Of a stretch of 64,000 nt of DNA, positions 40,320 to 53,949 are shown one piece after another. This DNA comes from Octopus sinensis (taxonomy: Eukaryota), in NCBI RefSeq assembly GCF_006345805.1, contig NC_043016.1:15686001-15750000 (forward strand), read 5' to 3'. The notes under the pieces were generated by a model. The model was not told the origin of the DNA, searched no databases, and worked only from the letters and a program-made list of their open reading frames with translations. Every line of letters starts with the position of its first letter. Within the stretch, counting starts at the first letter, position 1. Both the position numbers and the translations under genes were made by a program.

Positions 40320-40950
40320 TGGGCATAAGAGGAATCAAATGCCGCATACAACAGAAAAGACTATGTTGGCTTGGGCATGTAATGCGTATGAATGAAGACA
40401 ACTGCATAAAGAATGCCGATAACTGAAAGTGAATGGTACCCGCAGAAGAGGAAGACATGGGCTGAGGTGGTAAAGACCGATCTCAGGATGTTAGGCCACA
40501 CGGACGAAATGACAGTGGACCGAGATGTTTGGCGGGTAATCTTGTACCTCTACAGCAAGACGCCCGTTCAGTGTATCTGTCTCACTATAACTTTTCATCA
40601 TCTGACACAAGGTCACCTCCTCCAACGCCCCCTCCCCTCTCAAAGGATCTTTGTCTTGCAAGTTACTTGGTGACCCTACAAGTGCTGGTGCCACGTAAAA
40701 AGCATCCGGTCCACACTGTAAAGTGGTTGGCATTTGGAAGGGCAACCAGCTGTAAAAACTTTGCCAAAACTGACCTTGCCTGTGTTAGTGCCACGTAATA
40801 AGCACTTAGTTCGCTCTGCAGAATGATTAATGTTAGGAAGGGCATCCAGCCGTAAAAACCCTGCCAAAACAGACAAGTGCAGGCTCCTGCCATGCCAACT
40901 ACTGTCAAACCGTCCAACCCATGCCAGCATGGAAGGCAAACGTTAAATGA
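40320..40950 (+). mobile_element. RTE 3' coding remnant plus 3'UTR tails
   Basis: QQKRLCWLGHVMRMNED-like remnant and two GGAAGGGCA..CAGC motifs. Confidence 0.7.
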
Positions 40951-40979
40951 CATGTGTGTGTGTATGTATGCCTGTGTGT

Positions 40980-41081
<102 letters not shown>

Positions 41082-41189
41082 GAGAGAGAGAGAATATATA
41101 TGGAAATTCTCCCTATATTTTTGAATTACGAGTACTTGATTTAAAATATAAATATACATCTTTATCATCTTAATCAAAAGCCAGAAAAA

Positions 41190-41840
41190 CAGATGGAGAG
41201 ACTATCTCTTTGTAGACGAAGATCAGTTGCAATAGGAAGAGATGAATATCATAAGAATGGAAAAACAAACAACAAATGGGTTGTACCTTATAATGAAACT
41301 CTTTTGAGAGTATTCAAATGCCACTGCAACGTTGAAATCGTTGCCTCAGCGAGTTCAGTTAAGTACATCATTAAGTACACGTTGAAAGGAAATGATCAAG
41401 CTGCTGTTCAAATAAACTATGATAATGAAACTAGTCAATATATAATGGGTAGGTATATTGGATGATCCGAAGTAGTTGCATCCATTTTAAGATTTTCAAT
41501 TCAGCAATAGTGAGACTGCATGTTCATCTACCAGATGAACAAAGAATATTGCTCAGAAATAATGAGGATATATATGACTGTCAATGAACGTCGTATGAGA
41601 ACAACATTGACAGAATTCTTTTCATTGTGCATCAATGATGACTTTGCAACAACTTGACTTTATGCTGAAGTACCCATGTATTTCACTTCGAACAGTAGGA
41701 ACAAAGAATGGCAAAGAAGAAAGCGAGGAAAAAATTCGAACGGCATTTGAATGCTTTCAAAGAAACACTTGGCCGTTGTTACACCAAAGGCAAGAGAACT
41801 GTATTATTTAAGAATTTTATTGCATGAAGTTCGAAATAGT
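41190..41840 (+). mobile_element. Helitron Rep/helicase fragment (pseudogene)
   Basis: NNKWVVPYNETLLRVFKCHCNVEIV...VKYIIKYTLKGND...ETSQYIMGRYI and RELYYLRILLHEV are hallmark Helitron Rep-region motifs. Confidence 0.85.
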
Positions 41841-41911
41841 ATCTTTTCCTTTCTCGCCGCTCATCGACATTTTCAACTTGGAGTGGTTGTAACCCAACGG
41901 ATCACGGCGGG

Positions 41912-41944
<33 letters not shown>

Positions 41945-41948
41945 TTAT

Positions 41949-41998
<50 letters not shown>

Positions 41999-42299
41999 AT
42001 ATATATATACATACATACACACATACATACATACACACATACATACATACATACATACATACATACATACATACTACATACATACATACACACATATATA
42101 TACATATATACGACAGGCTTCTTTCAGTTTCCGTCCACCATATCCACTCACAAGGCTTTGGTTGGTCCGAGGCTTTAATAGATGGCATAATAGAAGTTAT
42201 GATAGAAGAAACTTACCTAAAGTACCGCACAGTGGAACTGAACCCGAATCCATATGGTTCAAAGCGAGCTTCTTAACCACGCAAGCATACCAGCGCCTG

Positions 42300-43740
42300 A
42301 ACGAACTTGCATATATCACTAATCCTTTGTATAAGTTTGCCTGGCTCTACAGGAAGGAGTAACGCTTGATGACTTTTGCATGGCCGTTCTATATCGGTGA
42401 GGCTGATGCCATTTATGCTCGTCATAAACACTTGTAAGAAGAAAATTCTAGCAGATCGAGAATGTCTGGTTGGAAGCGGCTTGAGCCGAGCCATCTTCGA
42501 AAAACAGAGGCCATTTTAATAGTTGTAGAAAAGACAGTAACTGTAAATCAGAAAACTGGAGCATGTCCGTGACTATGCCAATCTGTCAGGTAACTCCCTT
42601 TTCAAGATGCGGTGTAAAATGTCCAAGAATGCATAAACCAGCACATACCCAGGTGTGTGAGTCATACTCCATCGTAGGCTTCACCTGAGCTTTATAGTGT
42701 CAATAATTGTTGGCATAGGCGGGATCAAGTCTCTTTTAGTCTTGAAGAGAAGAACCAGTATTTAAGATACAGTCTTTGACATGTTAAGGTTGTATTTTCG
42801 TCAGGAGAATCCTTAGTAGTAATGAGGTCTAACATTACATTAGAGACGATTGTAAGGGCTCTGGATCAATGGTGTTATATTTTTCTTTTGTATAAGTAGC
42901 GTTTGTGTTGTTTTATTTGTTGTTTTTTTTATGAAAGCGACAAGATTAGCATATGTCCATTGGAGGATACTTTCTGTGCCTGTTGAGCAAGTATTCATAG
43001 CGTGATCATCGTCTGAAGTACTTGTCCATATTGTTGGCGAATCAAATGGCAATTTCATAAGCCCAAAGCAGTTTCATTATTCTACTAATATATTACATAA
43101 GGCCATGTAGCATGATCTAATGATCTTACAAAGAACATTCTTCCAGAGATCATTGAGGGAAAGGAAAGAAGTAAAGACGGAGATAAAATAAAGATGAACA
43201 GACCATATCAAGGAATGGACAAGAACATGATTAGCGGGGATCCCAGACCTGATACAAACGCGACAGATGGTGAAAGATGGTGCGTAATATGTCACGACCG
43301 TGTTCCTACGTTCCATCGGAAACTGATGATCCAAGACAAGATATAGAACATTAGAATTGAGTTTCTTTAGAGAGCACACTTTTTGTCAAACTATATACTG
43401 TCGTTTCAAAAGAATTAAATTCAGCATTAGTGACTGAGAGATAAGTCAACAGATCTTGCTCTCACTGTGAAATTATTCAATACGCGTAGAGAGCATTCTT
43501 CTCTGAGGAATCGTAACCTGACGCACGAAGGATAAACTTCAAGATCGCATTGATGGTACATATATCAGGTTCCTCCGTAAGACTCAAAACACGTTATATT
43601 TTCGAGACTTCCACATCCTAATAATAGCTGAAGCTCACTTAACTGCACTGGCGTTATTGACAGATCTACCAAAGCTAATGGGGAACAGAGATTCCCGATG
43701 CAGCGTTGTGGGACGCAACTCGGTCATACCTGGGTAGCAG
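42300..43740 (-). mobile_element. Decayed CR1/Jockey-group LINE RT remnant
   Basis: Minus-strand remnants ILSPSLLL..LNDL, QLLTL(Y)KAQVKPTMEYDSHTW and FYNY.NGLC..LPTRHSRSAR. Confidence 0.65.
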
Positions 43741-43904
43741 CTTGAAGATTAAATCATCATTGTTGATGGGACGTCATTGTCCCGCATACTCCATCATTCT
43801 CAAATTCAAATAGATACTCTAAGCACACTTTACTTAGCTCTCTCTCTCTCTCCCTCTCTGGCTGTCTGTTTCTCTCTCTCTCTCTCTCTCTGTCCGCCTG
43901 TCTG

Positions 43905-43954
<50 letters not shown>

Positions 43955-46900
43955 TTGCATATTTATGTATGTATGTACATACATATATATCATAAACTAA
44001 CTGTTACTTTCTCAGATGCAGCACGGAATTTTGTCAGTGAACAGGTCGTGGTCTCAAAGCGACGAAAATATTTTGACAAATTAAATTTATATGTTGAAGT
44101 TAATCTAACGGTTTTTGTGTGTTTCTAAAATGGCTTACAAACACCTTCCACGCTGCAAATGTTTATAATATAATTATTTTCTGGATAAGAAAAAAAATTA
44201 CCACAGAAACAAATACTAAGAAAAAGAAACTGAGTTGAAGAGAACGTAGATGAAAAGGGTTAAAAATCGAGAAAGAATCGTCAAAATATGACATATTGGA
44301 TGCCTACTTTTCGTTCCCCTAGCACCCAACGTCAGCTGTGCCAGAGATGGAACTCTTGGAAAACTTTCTAGTACCTGTTTTCCACCTAGTGGGCCTATGA
44401 CAACATCCCGGCTGCTGTGACTGCATGGGTAATAGAAATGGAACCCCCTAGAAGACATGATCAATTCATTAGACTATCGTCTTGATGAAGATGAGAAAAA
44501 AAAAACTATGCGCGATCGTTGACACATATATGGAATACCCAACAGACCGACACCTGATTTCATAAGTGCTCCCCTTAAGTCAGGCCTGGGTCAGACAAAC
44601 CTTTTAATAAATTTAACAGTTTCCATAAAAGATGAAGCTGAACATAATTTCAGTGCAACTTAGAACAAGAAACAAATTAATAGTCATTGTGAAATGATGA
44701 ACACTGGTTGGTTTATTTGCGATGGTCAAATACTTTGCTTTGGAAGTTGTATTACACTTAATTCTTTAATTACGTTCGCTTCAATACTACATGAGTATAA
44801 ATATTAACATGAATTTAAATGAATTTATAATACTACAATATAATGTAAAACATACGCATTTTCTCAGACAAAGTCTCAAAGTCGGGGTCGATAAGTAAAG
44901 TACCAGTTGCGTACTGGGTCGACCTAATCAACTGGCTCCCTCCCCAAAAAATTTCAGGCTCTGTGCCTAGAGTAGAAAAGAATATCGCATTTGGTCAGCG
45001 ATAATACAAAGAAAAACAAAAGGAAAGAAAGAAAAGATGGTTTATGCCGGGTTTGTATAGGTTCGCAATGTCTCTAATATTACATGTAGTATAAAGACTA
45101 GTAGTGGTCGTTGACATCCTGTCAAGGTAACCAGATACACAAATTGAGACTTATCTATACGAAGTGATCTTTCGTCAGAAGTTCACAAAGTAAAATTGAA
45201 GCATTACTCCCTCATACATATATAGAAATAATTTTTAGAGTATTTGTTGAATGTAAAGCTGTAAAAAGTGTGTGGTGGTGGTGGTGATGGTGGGGTTACG
45301 TATATTATGCGGATAGTTTATGTGTAGATGGAGGGAAGTGAGTTGGTTAAATGTTAAGTTTAGTCGTTAGAAAGACATTTTTGGTTTGAAATGCTTTAGT
45401 GTTTTTAAGATTTTGTGCTTGAATGAAGAAATTGGGCCAGACTTTCGGTTAAGGATTTGGTCCTTGATTGTCTCTTCATGCAACATAAAATCTTAAAAAT
45501 ACCAAAACGTTTAAAGCCAATATTTTTTTTATTACGGCTAAAAATGTTAATATCTCACCAACTCCTCTAGAAATTATCTAAAAGTTTCCCTGTCTCCAAT
45601 ATAAGGACACAAGCTTTATTATTACTATTTTTCAGCTCGCCAAACCCCAGTACGCGCCTGCAAATATACTGTTCGTTGTTTTCTATGCATCGGAACTAGG
45701 TTCCATCTTGGCCCAGATGACTGGAGCAATGTCTGTCACTGAGAAGGCAAGATTTCGCCGAAACGCCCTGTCAAGTGAACCATTGGCGTCACCTTCTATT
45801 TGATTCCACTTGATTTTTTATTACATGCAAAGTCTGGAGATAGAGATTCTTTCTTCGAGATAGGAAGCCGCAGGAGATGTCTTTCACGTCTGCCCTTTGT
45901 GATTTTCAGACAAACGTTCGCCGCACATACGAATGGTGCAACTTGTTGCTGCAACAAGTTACCCGAAATCTACATAATTTTAATCGAACATTAGGTACAA
46001 CTAAAGCATTCTAAAATACCACTCTCCCTAATCAATTCAAATATACAAGCAAAAAACGAATGCCAAAGCGAACATAAACTATTAAACTACATAGATCAAA
46101 GCAGTTACTGATATAAAGGGATTCATAATTATCCAACAAATGAACTGATTCAAACTATTATTTACTCTATCATAAAGGAAAACCCCAATTCGCCTTTAGC
46201 ATTTTCTCTTGTTTACAAGCTCTACTGAGGTTTTGTCGCATGCCATATTGTTCCTCGAAGTTTATGTTGATAAAGCCTGAAGGTGAAGTATCTCAGTTGT
46301 ACAATAACCTGCACTGGAAAGCATACCACTAGTAAAAGTAGAGAAACAATATGTAATCAGGTCCAATTCATATTGTCTGCTTTCGTTGTGAGCCCCCGAA
46401 AACTTGGGGAGCCTATATTCGGCAACTCGACCTACTAAAAAAGCATTCAAATTCCCCTAAAGCCAAACCCTATCATTTTCAAAAGGTCTCTAGATTTAAA
46501 TATATATATAATAAAAAAAAACAAAAAAACTCAGCCAACCCTTTTTAATTGGCACCCTCATACTATAAACTATGTCGGATTACAAATGATGGTCTTCCAC
46601 TAGGTAGAGGTACGTTACATGGCACTTAATCGTTGAGGAAGTGACTAGGAGGTCGCTAAACCAACTAGAAATAACAATCAAAACATTATCATATCTCAAC
46701 CAATAGCCGAAGGACTGATTGGATGATATGGTCCTACATATACCAATGGTAACGATAATGCAGTAATGAATCAAGGCTGCCCTCGCTAACTCTATTCCCG
46801 GACCGACCGTGATTGCGCACCAACAACAAATGCCACAACCAACACACAGCGGCCTAAAAACATATGATTTATATCAACCGGTGAATCTTTCATGTGTCGT

Positions 46901-47089
46901 CTTATCTTATAAGTGATCATACATTCTTTTGCAATGTTTCGTTTCTAAGTATTTACCAACTGTGTCATTGTTGATCAACTTTGAGCCAGCTCTATTATCT
47001 ATGGACAATTATTTTATTTATGTGAATAAATCTCCCTTTTATTTATACATAAACATAACCAAATCTTTCGGAATGTTCTTGCTCTCCCT

Positions 47090-47460
47090 CTTCCTTTTTT
47101 TCATTTATTTATTATTCCTCCCTCACTCTCTTCTTCTACTTTTTCTTCTGTCTTCTCTCTTCTTTTTCTTCTTTTCATTTATTTATTATTGCTACCTCCC
47201 TCCCTCTCTTCTTCTTTTTATCTCTTCTTCTTTTTATTTATTTATTATTCCTCCCTTTCTTCTTTTTATTTATTTATTATTGCTCCCTCCCTCTCTTCTT
47301 TTTCTCTCTTCTTTTTTTTCATTTATTTATTATTCCTCCCTCTCTTCTTCTTTTTATTTATTTATTATTGCTCCCTCCCTCCTCCCTCTCTTCTTCTTCT
47401 CTCTCTCTCTCTCTCTCTTCTTGTTCTTCTTCTCCTTCTTCTTCTTCTTCTTCCTCTATC
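47090..47460. repeat. Pyrimidine-rich minisatellite immediately upstream of CDAN1 exon 1
   Basis: Repeated ~35-40-bp units (TT[C/T]ATTTATTTATTATT + CCTCCC + TCTCTTCTT), ending in (CT)n/(CTT)n. Confidence 0.8.
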
Positions 47461-47497
47461 AGTGTCAGTTGTGGCGCTTTTATTTCAGGAATGAGAA

Positions 47498-47581
47498 ATG
47501 GCCGCTGTGCTCGATGCTCTTCTCGACGGCGAATGTGTCCCGTTGCAAGTTATCCAATGGATGAAAATGGAAACGCATCAG
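47498..47581 (+). CDS. CDAN1: Codanin-1 coding exon 1
   Basis: MAAVLDALLDGECVPLQVIQWMKMETHQ resembles the human CDAN1 start [22 protein letters not shown] (recalled). Kozak-like AAATGG; CAG/GTATCG donor, phase 0; CpG-rich. Confidence 0.88.
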
Positions 47582-48607
47582 GTATCGATCGTCCCGTACT
47601 CCTACCACTAATTACTTCACCTCCTCATCTATAATTACGCCTCTCTCTCCCTCACTTCTTCCATCTTCTTTCTCTACCAGACTTTCAAATGCTTTCATTT
47701 ATGCTTCATCTCAATCCTTAACGGTTTATTTCTCTCTTCTCTCTTCTCTAAATATATATTTTATATTAAAACGGTTATTAAAATTCTCTTTAATTTAAAT
47801 ACACTTCCTTCTCAACTTCATGCTGTAATCGTATTATAGCCTTTATTATCGATTCATTCTGCCAAGTTTCCAATGATAATCGATTTATTATTAATTCTAA
47901 GTTTGTTGCTGAAACTGACAATGTTTATGAAATTAAACCGGCGATCCATTGCATGTTTACATTTGAACAAATCCAAACATGCCAACCACGACTCTATTGA
48001 CATTAACAATCACACGTTTTCCTTCGGAGAGAAAAGTTTAATTTTTAAATTGCAGAAATAATTATAAATGATTCGGTAATATTTATATTTAAAAAAAAAA
48101 TTAAAGACTGTTTTGCGATGATAATTTGTTTTATTAACGGTTAAGAGTTTCGTAAAATATTCAGCATTTTACAGACAAAAACAAGACAAGATGAACTTAG
48201 AAAATGTCAATTACCAAAGACTACACATTACGATGTATTTTTAAACTTTTTTGTCTTTCATTTGAAATATTTTAAAACTTGGCGAAAGTAAAGAATACGT
48301 ACACCCGGTGTTTAGGATTGTTAACGCCGAAAACGGGTGGCCTACCTATTCTTTACCTTCGCGTAAAACTCAACATGTGATATTGGTAAAAAAAGACATA
48401 AATACGGACTGGAAGGAAGGAAGAAGGAAAAGTCTTAAAAATATTACATTCTCAACATGCTTTATAAACAAGTTTATTGTCGAGTGAATGATTTTTAAAT
48501 AAGATAGACCTGAACAACTTTTCTCGCTTGTGTGTGTATGTGTAATATGTGTATAAGGGCCTGAGTGTAGGGAGGGCACTTTGCACCCCTACTTACCTTT
48601 CCCAGGC

Positions 48608-48726
48608 TTAGAAAATATGAACAAGGAACTTGAATAAATAAAAGGAACCCCCCCTGCCACAATCCCTAGAAAATATGAACAAGGAACTTAAATAAATAAA
48701 AGGATCCACACACACAATCCCTAGAA
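48608..48726. repeat. ~58-bp tandem duplication
   Basis: TAGAAAATATGAACAAGGAACTT.AATAAATAAAAGGA...CACAATCCCTAGAAA occurs twice. Confidence 0.8.
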
Positions 48727-50599
48727 AGATATATTACTGAACTAAAGCATCCTCAACTTAAGAAAATTATATATATATATACTAGAACAATTCTCTAGCT
48801 CTTACTCCACAGTCAGGACACTCAAATTCTCAGAATGACACAAGAAACCCATCATCGTCCTATTCTACTACTATTCCAATTAGTGAAGAATCGCTCCCCC
48901 CCTCACCACCACCACCACTGTCCACCTCAATCTGAATGTATACACAATTCGTACAAGCAAAACCAGCCAATGCCAAACCACACATCTTACACCACCACTA
49001 AATACTAAATCTCACTTAACAACATCTGCACATGTAACCTGGACTCCTAAAATCTGTTGCTATTCTCAACACAAAAGATTATGCCTGATGTATGACTGTC
49101 CCTTCACTCATCTTCCAGGGACTTGGTGCACTAGTAAAAGCATGTCACCAAACCACTACCAAATCCACAGTGGAAACATCCCTTGCAGTGGCAGTGTTGG
49201 CCCAGACTGTCATCAAAACCCAGAAGTAACCCAGATATCTACTGGGTACAGTAATAAATCCAACAGCTGCAGACCATATAACTACAACTATATTTTACAG
49301 TGCAAATATACCAACTCCAGACAACAACCCCTCCCAAAGAAAGATAATTCTTTTTTTAGCCTTGATGAATCTGGCAAAATAAATTTTAAAAAACAACTTG
49401 TAGCTCTCATACAGTACCAACCACTGCTATTACTCCAGTGCACAACTACACCATTGCTGTCATTAACCTACATACTCAACTCAATAACAATGCTAAATGT
49501 ACAAGGTCTTTCACACTTCACAAATTGAACAAAAGTATCATATCATAGAGAACTCGCACAGCGAGAAGAGACAGTAGCACTTAGTGGAACACACCTGACC
49601 CAGGCATATTGAATGTGGAGGTGGGACAGTTTGACAGGAGCTGACCAGGCTCCTGTGACTGTTTTGGCAAGGTTTTTACAGCTGGATGCCCTTCCGAACA
49701 CCAACCTTTTTACAGTGTGAACTGGATGCTTTTTAAGTGGCACCTGTACTGATAGGGTCACCAAGAACTTGCAACAGAAACACTTTCAAGAGGGGAGGGG
49801 ACATTGGAGAAGGTGATCTTGTCAGTTGATGAAAGGTTATAGTGAGACAGAGACACAGAAACAGGTGTCTTGCTGTAGAGGTAGTACAAGGTTACCTGGC
49901 CGGAGAGAGAGAGAGAGAGACCAGGAATGAAGACAGAAACAGGTGTGCTACCGTAAAGGAAATACATGGTTATCCAACTCGAAAGAAGTGCAGGAGAAGG
50001 AGAGAGAGTGCGGGAGACAGCAGGATAGCGCTATGGATGTACATGTGATTTGTCGAAATGCATGTAGCGATGCATTAAATGTTTATAATTTCCATCTAAG
50101 GATTATTATCTCTGCTTTAGCAAAGGCAGAAGCATTGTTTTCAGTCGTGTTTGTATGTTTGCATGTCTGTGGACAAGATATGAAACTTTCAGGGATGTTT
50201 AACCTCATGACTGGTATGAACTGCTTAGATTTTGGGATCAATCCGGTACCAGACAAAGATTCTGGATCATTTGTTATATTTACTTTCCATGAAGTATTAT
50301 GATCTTACTTTCACTTTCAAGTCTTTCTCTGATTATCTCCATTGAAACCATTCACATAAGTTGTGGCAGTGTTGCTGTTTCTCTATTATTAATTGCACTC
50401 CTGCCTCTAATCTTAGTAGAAACTGATGGATAAAGAAATCAAACTACATAAACAAACGGCAGCAAAACCGTTTGGAAATTAAATAACACTAACATATTCA
50501 GTAACAATAATATATACTTAATTTATCCTCGACAATTTTTAGTTTTACCGATTTTGAATACATCATTTCTGTTTAAAACCTCTTACCTACTTGACAATT

Positions 50600-50830
50600 G
50601 CATTTCTAGTTCTGCCTTGAAGGAAGCTTTACTTCTTGGACTCAGGTTTTTGTGCACAACGAATGTTGTTAAACCTCCATTAACAACACCGTATGCAGGT
50701 TCTTTCCGTTTTCTTTCCTGTATGAATAAATTTTTCAATATAGACCTTAATGGTCGTAAAGACACTATATCAGTGGATAGACTACGAAAAGCCTTCATAG
50801 AGAAAACTGTCCCTGTTCCCACTGCAGACG
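50600..50830 (+). mobile_element. Gypsy LTR-retrotransposon integrase C-terminal fragment
   Basis: PPLTTPYAGSFRFL...LNGRKDTISVDRLRKAF is a GPY/F-type module. Confidence 0.7.
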
Positions 50831-51192
50831 ACACACACACACAGCATTTTAAACACGGCCCTCACACTCACCTTCATATTCCATGACTACAATTGGTATC
50901 AGACAAGGATTCTGGATTATTTTTCTGGGTTTAAAAAATTTTTTTTTTTAGAGCGGTTGGGTTCATTTTTAGTATTCTCGTTTGTGAGAGCAGTCGAGTT
51001 TATTTCAGATATTCTCATTTTAAAAATCATCTCTGGCTCATCGTTGAGAGCATGTTGGTGTTGCTTTAGGGGAGGTTTGTGCTCTTATTATTGTTATTAT
51101 TATTATTATTTTTATTATCATTATTACAATAATAATAATATATATATCATTATTATATATATATATATATATACAGGAGGTCATTATGCCAT

Positions 51193-51428
51193 GGGCATAT
51201 GGCGTAATGGTTAAGAGTGCAGGCTACTAACCCCAAGATTCCGAGTTCAATCCCAGGCAGTGACCTGAATAATAAGAATAATAATAACATTGAAAAGCGC
51301 CTTAGGAATGAGAACCCAGGTTCGAAATTTCCCCAAGATACCTGATGAAGGCTGGAGGGTATATCAGCCAAAATGTTGTGTTAACAACAAACAAGATGAG
51401 GACAAATATCTGTCAAATGTAAATAATG
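51193..51428 (+). mobile_element. tRNA-headed SINE with a Penelope-type hammerhead-like 3' module
   Basis: A-box TGGCGTAATGG (51200-51210), B-box GAGTTCAATCCC (51243-51254), then GATAC-CTGATGA-AGGCTG..CAGCC-aAAAtGTT-GTGTT at 51337-51382. Confidence 0.7.
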
Positions 51429-53949
51429 AACAACATTTTTGACAGCTAAGCCATCATCCAGTGAAGGCTTAGCTGGCTGGAACTTTGAAGTCACTGTCAA
51501 CAACATTCTTGTTTAAGAATTATATATGTGTGTGTGTGTAGATGTTTTTCCCTCCTCAAGGTCAACATTATCAAACTCAATCTGGTCAACATCAGCCTCA
51601 ATTATGTTATCCACAGTTTGAATTACATTGTCATATATCTCAATTTTGTCAACTTTGGATAGAGTGATCTTTTTTTTTTCATGAATAGACATTGACATCA
51701 GTGATTACTTGTCATAAAATTTTAAAAGAATTGAAACATTAAAATGTTTTGTAATGGATTACATGCATTTAGTAAATTAGATGTACATAAAACTACATGC
51801 TCCCATTTCTTAATCTTTTAATGTATTCCTAAAAGATCCAACACAATCACCTTTGGTAATCAAAGTCAACCCAGTGTTGATTAATAATATGTTTACAGCA
51901 TTGATTACTAAAGGTGATTTTGCTGGATTTCTTTAGGAATATGTAAGGAGATTTATGAGATGGGAATAATGAATAAAAGATCAAATTGATATTTATTTTT
52001 GTCTTTTTCATATTGTAAACGTATATGGTAGAGTATATAGTTTTATGTACATCTAATGTTCTAAATGTATGTATATTTATGGTTAGTAATGTAAAGTATG
52101 ACAGTTTTTATTATACAAAACATGTTATCTATATATATAATACTCAACTTGTGTGTCTGTGTGTTTAACTTCCCAGCACATCACCTCCTAGCCAACAAAT
52201 CGTAGAACCACCAAAAATGGGTCACTTAAAATTTAGGCGAATGAAAATTGAACTGCGCTATTTCTGTTCCGAAATTCATCTCGCAAGTGCAAAAATCGAT
52301 AATGTGTTTGTTTAGGCCTTATCCCATGCATTGAATAGTGAACTTTACTCAGTCAGCTGTTTGACGTGAACTGTGTTCACCACGCGTGCAAGCATGCGTA
52401 TATTGCATGAAAAATAAAAAATCAAGATATAAAAACGAATCGCTGTAAACATTGTAGAAATTCGGCAAAGAAATGAATTTTTGGGATGTAGCCTGGATGG
52501 TTTTTTTCGTATTAATCGTTTGGACTTTCTGAACACATACCAATTGTTTTCATAACATTTTTAACGCTTTGAATTAAATGTGACCATTTTGCGTTGAGTC
52601 TGCAGTTTGAATCACTTTAATTTTAGCAGGCCGGATTTTTGATCATCACGATACATCGCCAGCGACTCCCTGAAACTCTCCCTTGAAATCCCCATTGAGA
52701 AATACTGGTCTAAAAGAATAATTCAACAATACAATTATTTGATCAACAAAAATTTATGAAACGCTTCTACGTACTTCCTATTGTGGAGTTTGTCAGTTTT
52801 ATCTAGTCCACTCAGCTAGCAAAAATGTGTAGCACTTGTAATTGAAAGGGCCAGCCATATCACATTCTGTGTGTCGTGTTGGATCTCCATGGGAACTATA
52901 TTAAGAGTACACGTCTGTGGAGTTCTTGGCCGTTTGCCTGTTAATTTTACAAGTAGACCGTTCCATTGTTTGAATCAACTGGAACGCTCGTCATTGTAAC
53001 TGATGGAGTGCTCCAGCCAATTAAGATGAGTTTGAAAACTGCTCTAGCTCCTGTCAAACTGTCCAATCTAATGCCAGCATACACTTTAAGTGATAATAAG
53101 GATGATGCTGTAAGGCAGCTGGATCATACAATCTGTTCTGTCAGGTGTTATCTGGAATAAAAAAAGAACAACACCGAAGCGAAAGAATGTTGTTTTCTCT
53201 CAGTAATATGACTTGAAAATTATTTTGATGCAAGGCTGTGATTATTATTTTTTAAATATACAATTGTGTAACTAATATACTCTAAAGTGTATTAAATAAT
53301 TTTCCTCATGTACTAATTGCCAATTCAACACATAGAAATGTCTGAAGGGTAGAACATTCATAGTTGTAACTGCATCAAATGAAGTAAGACCTAAATTTCG
53401 TTTGTTATTTCTGCTTGTTTAGAACCATTAATTGAACAGACCTATGGTCAAAGACATTTTAAGCATGATCATCCTGTACTTTTTCTCAAAGCTAACGCAT
53501 TTCCTTAATTTGCAACTTATTCTTTCACTCATGAAAATTTATCACACAATCACAGTCTTTCATCTCTAATCTTGTCTTTCTCCAAATCCCGGAACCATTC
53601 CTTCCACGTGTACTGACCCCCACACCCACTGGCTCATCTATCGGCCTTCACTCTGTCTATTTAATTCCTACACTATATGTCTATCTATCTATCTATCGGC
53701 CTTTTCTGTCTCTTAATTCCTAGCCCATGGTTGCCAGTTCACAGTGGTACTCCCGCCCTCCACCCCCTTCACCTGTACCTGAAGTCCCCATCTCGTCCTC
53801 CTTTGCTTGTCTCCTAGGAACACCTAAAGACCTTAAGCCAATACCACCCCTACTATATAAGGTAATGACCATACGGCGCAAAACATGATAGTGTAGTGTA
53901 AGCAGGTTGAACTTAAGATCATTGTTTGCTTATGAATTCTGCCAAGTGT

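Noticed and set aside
46929-47564. 211-aa hydrophobic ORF resembling a membrane protein
   Set aside because: It is a translation of the pyrimidine minisatellite; the real CDAN1 exon is in another frame from 47498.
51193-51265. Possible genuine tRNA gene
   Set aside because: The acceptor and anticodon stems do not pair properly and it continues into a repeat body, so it is a SINE head.
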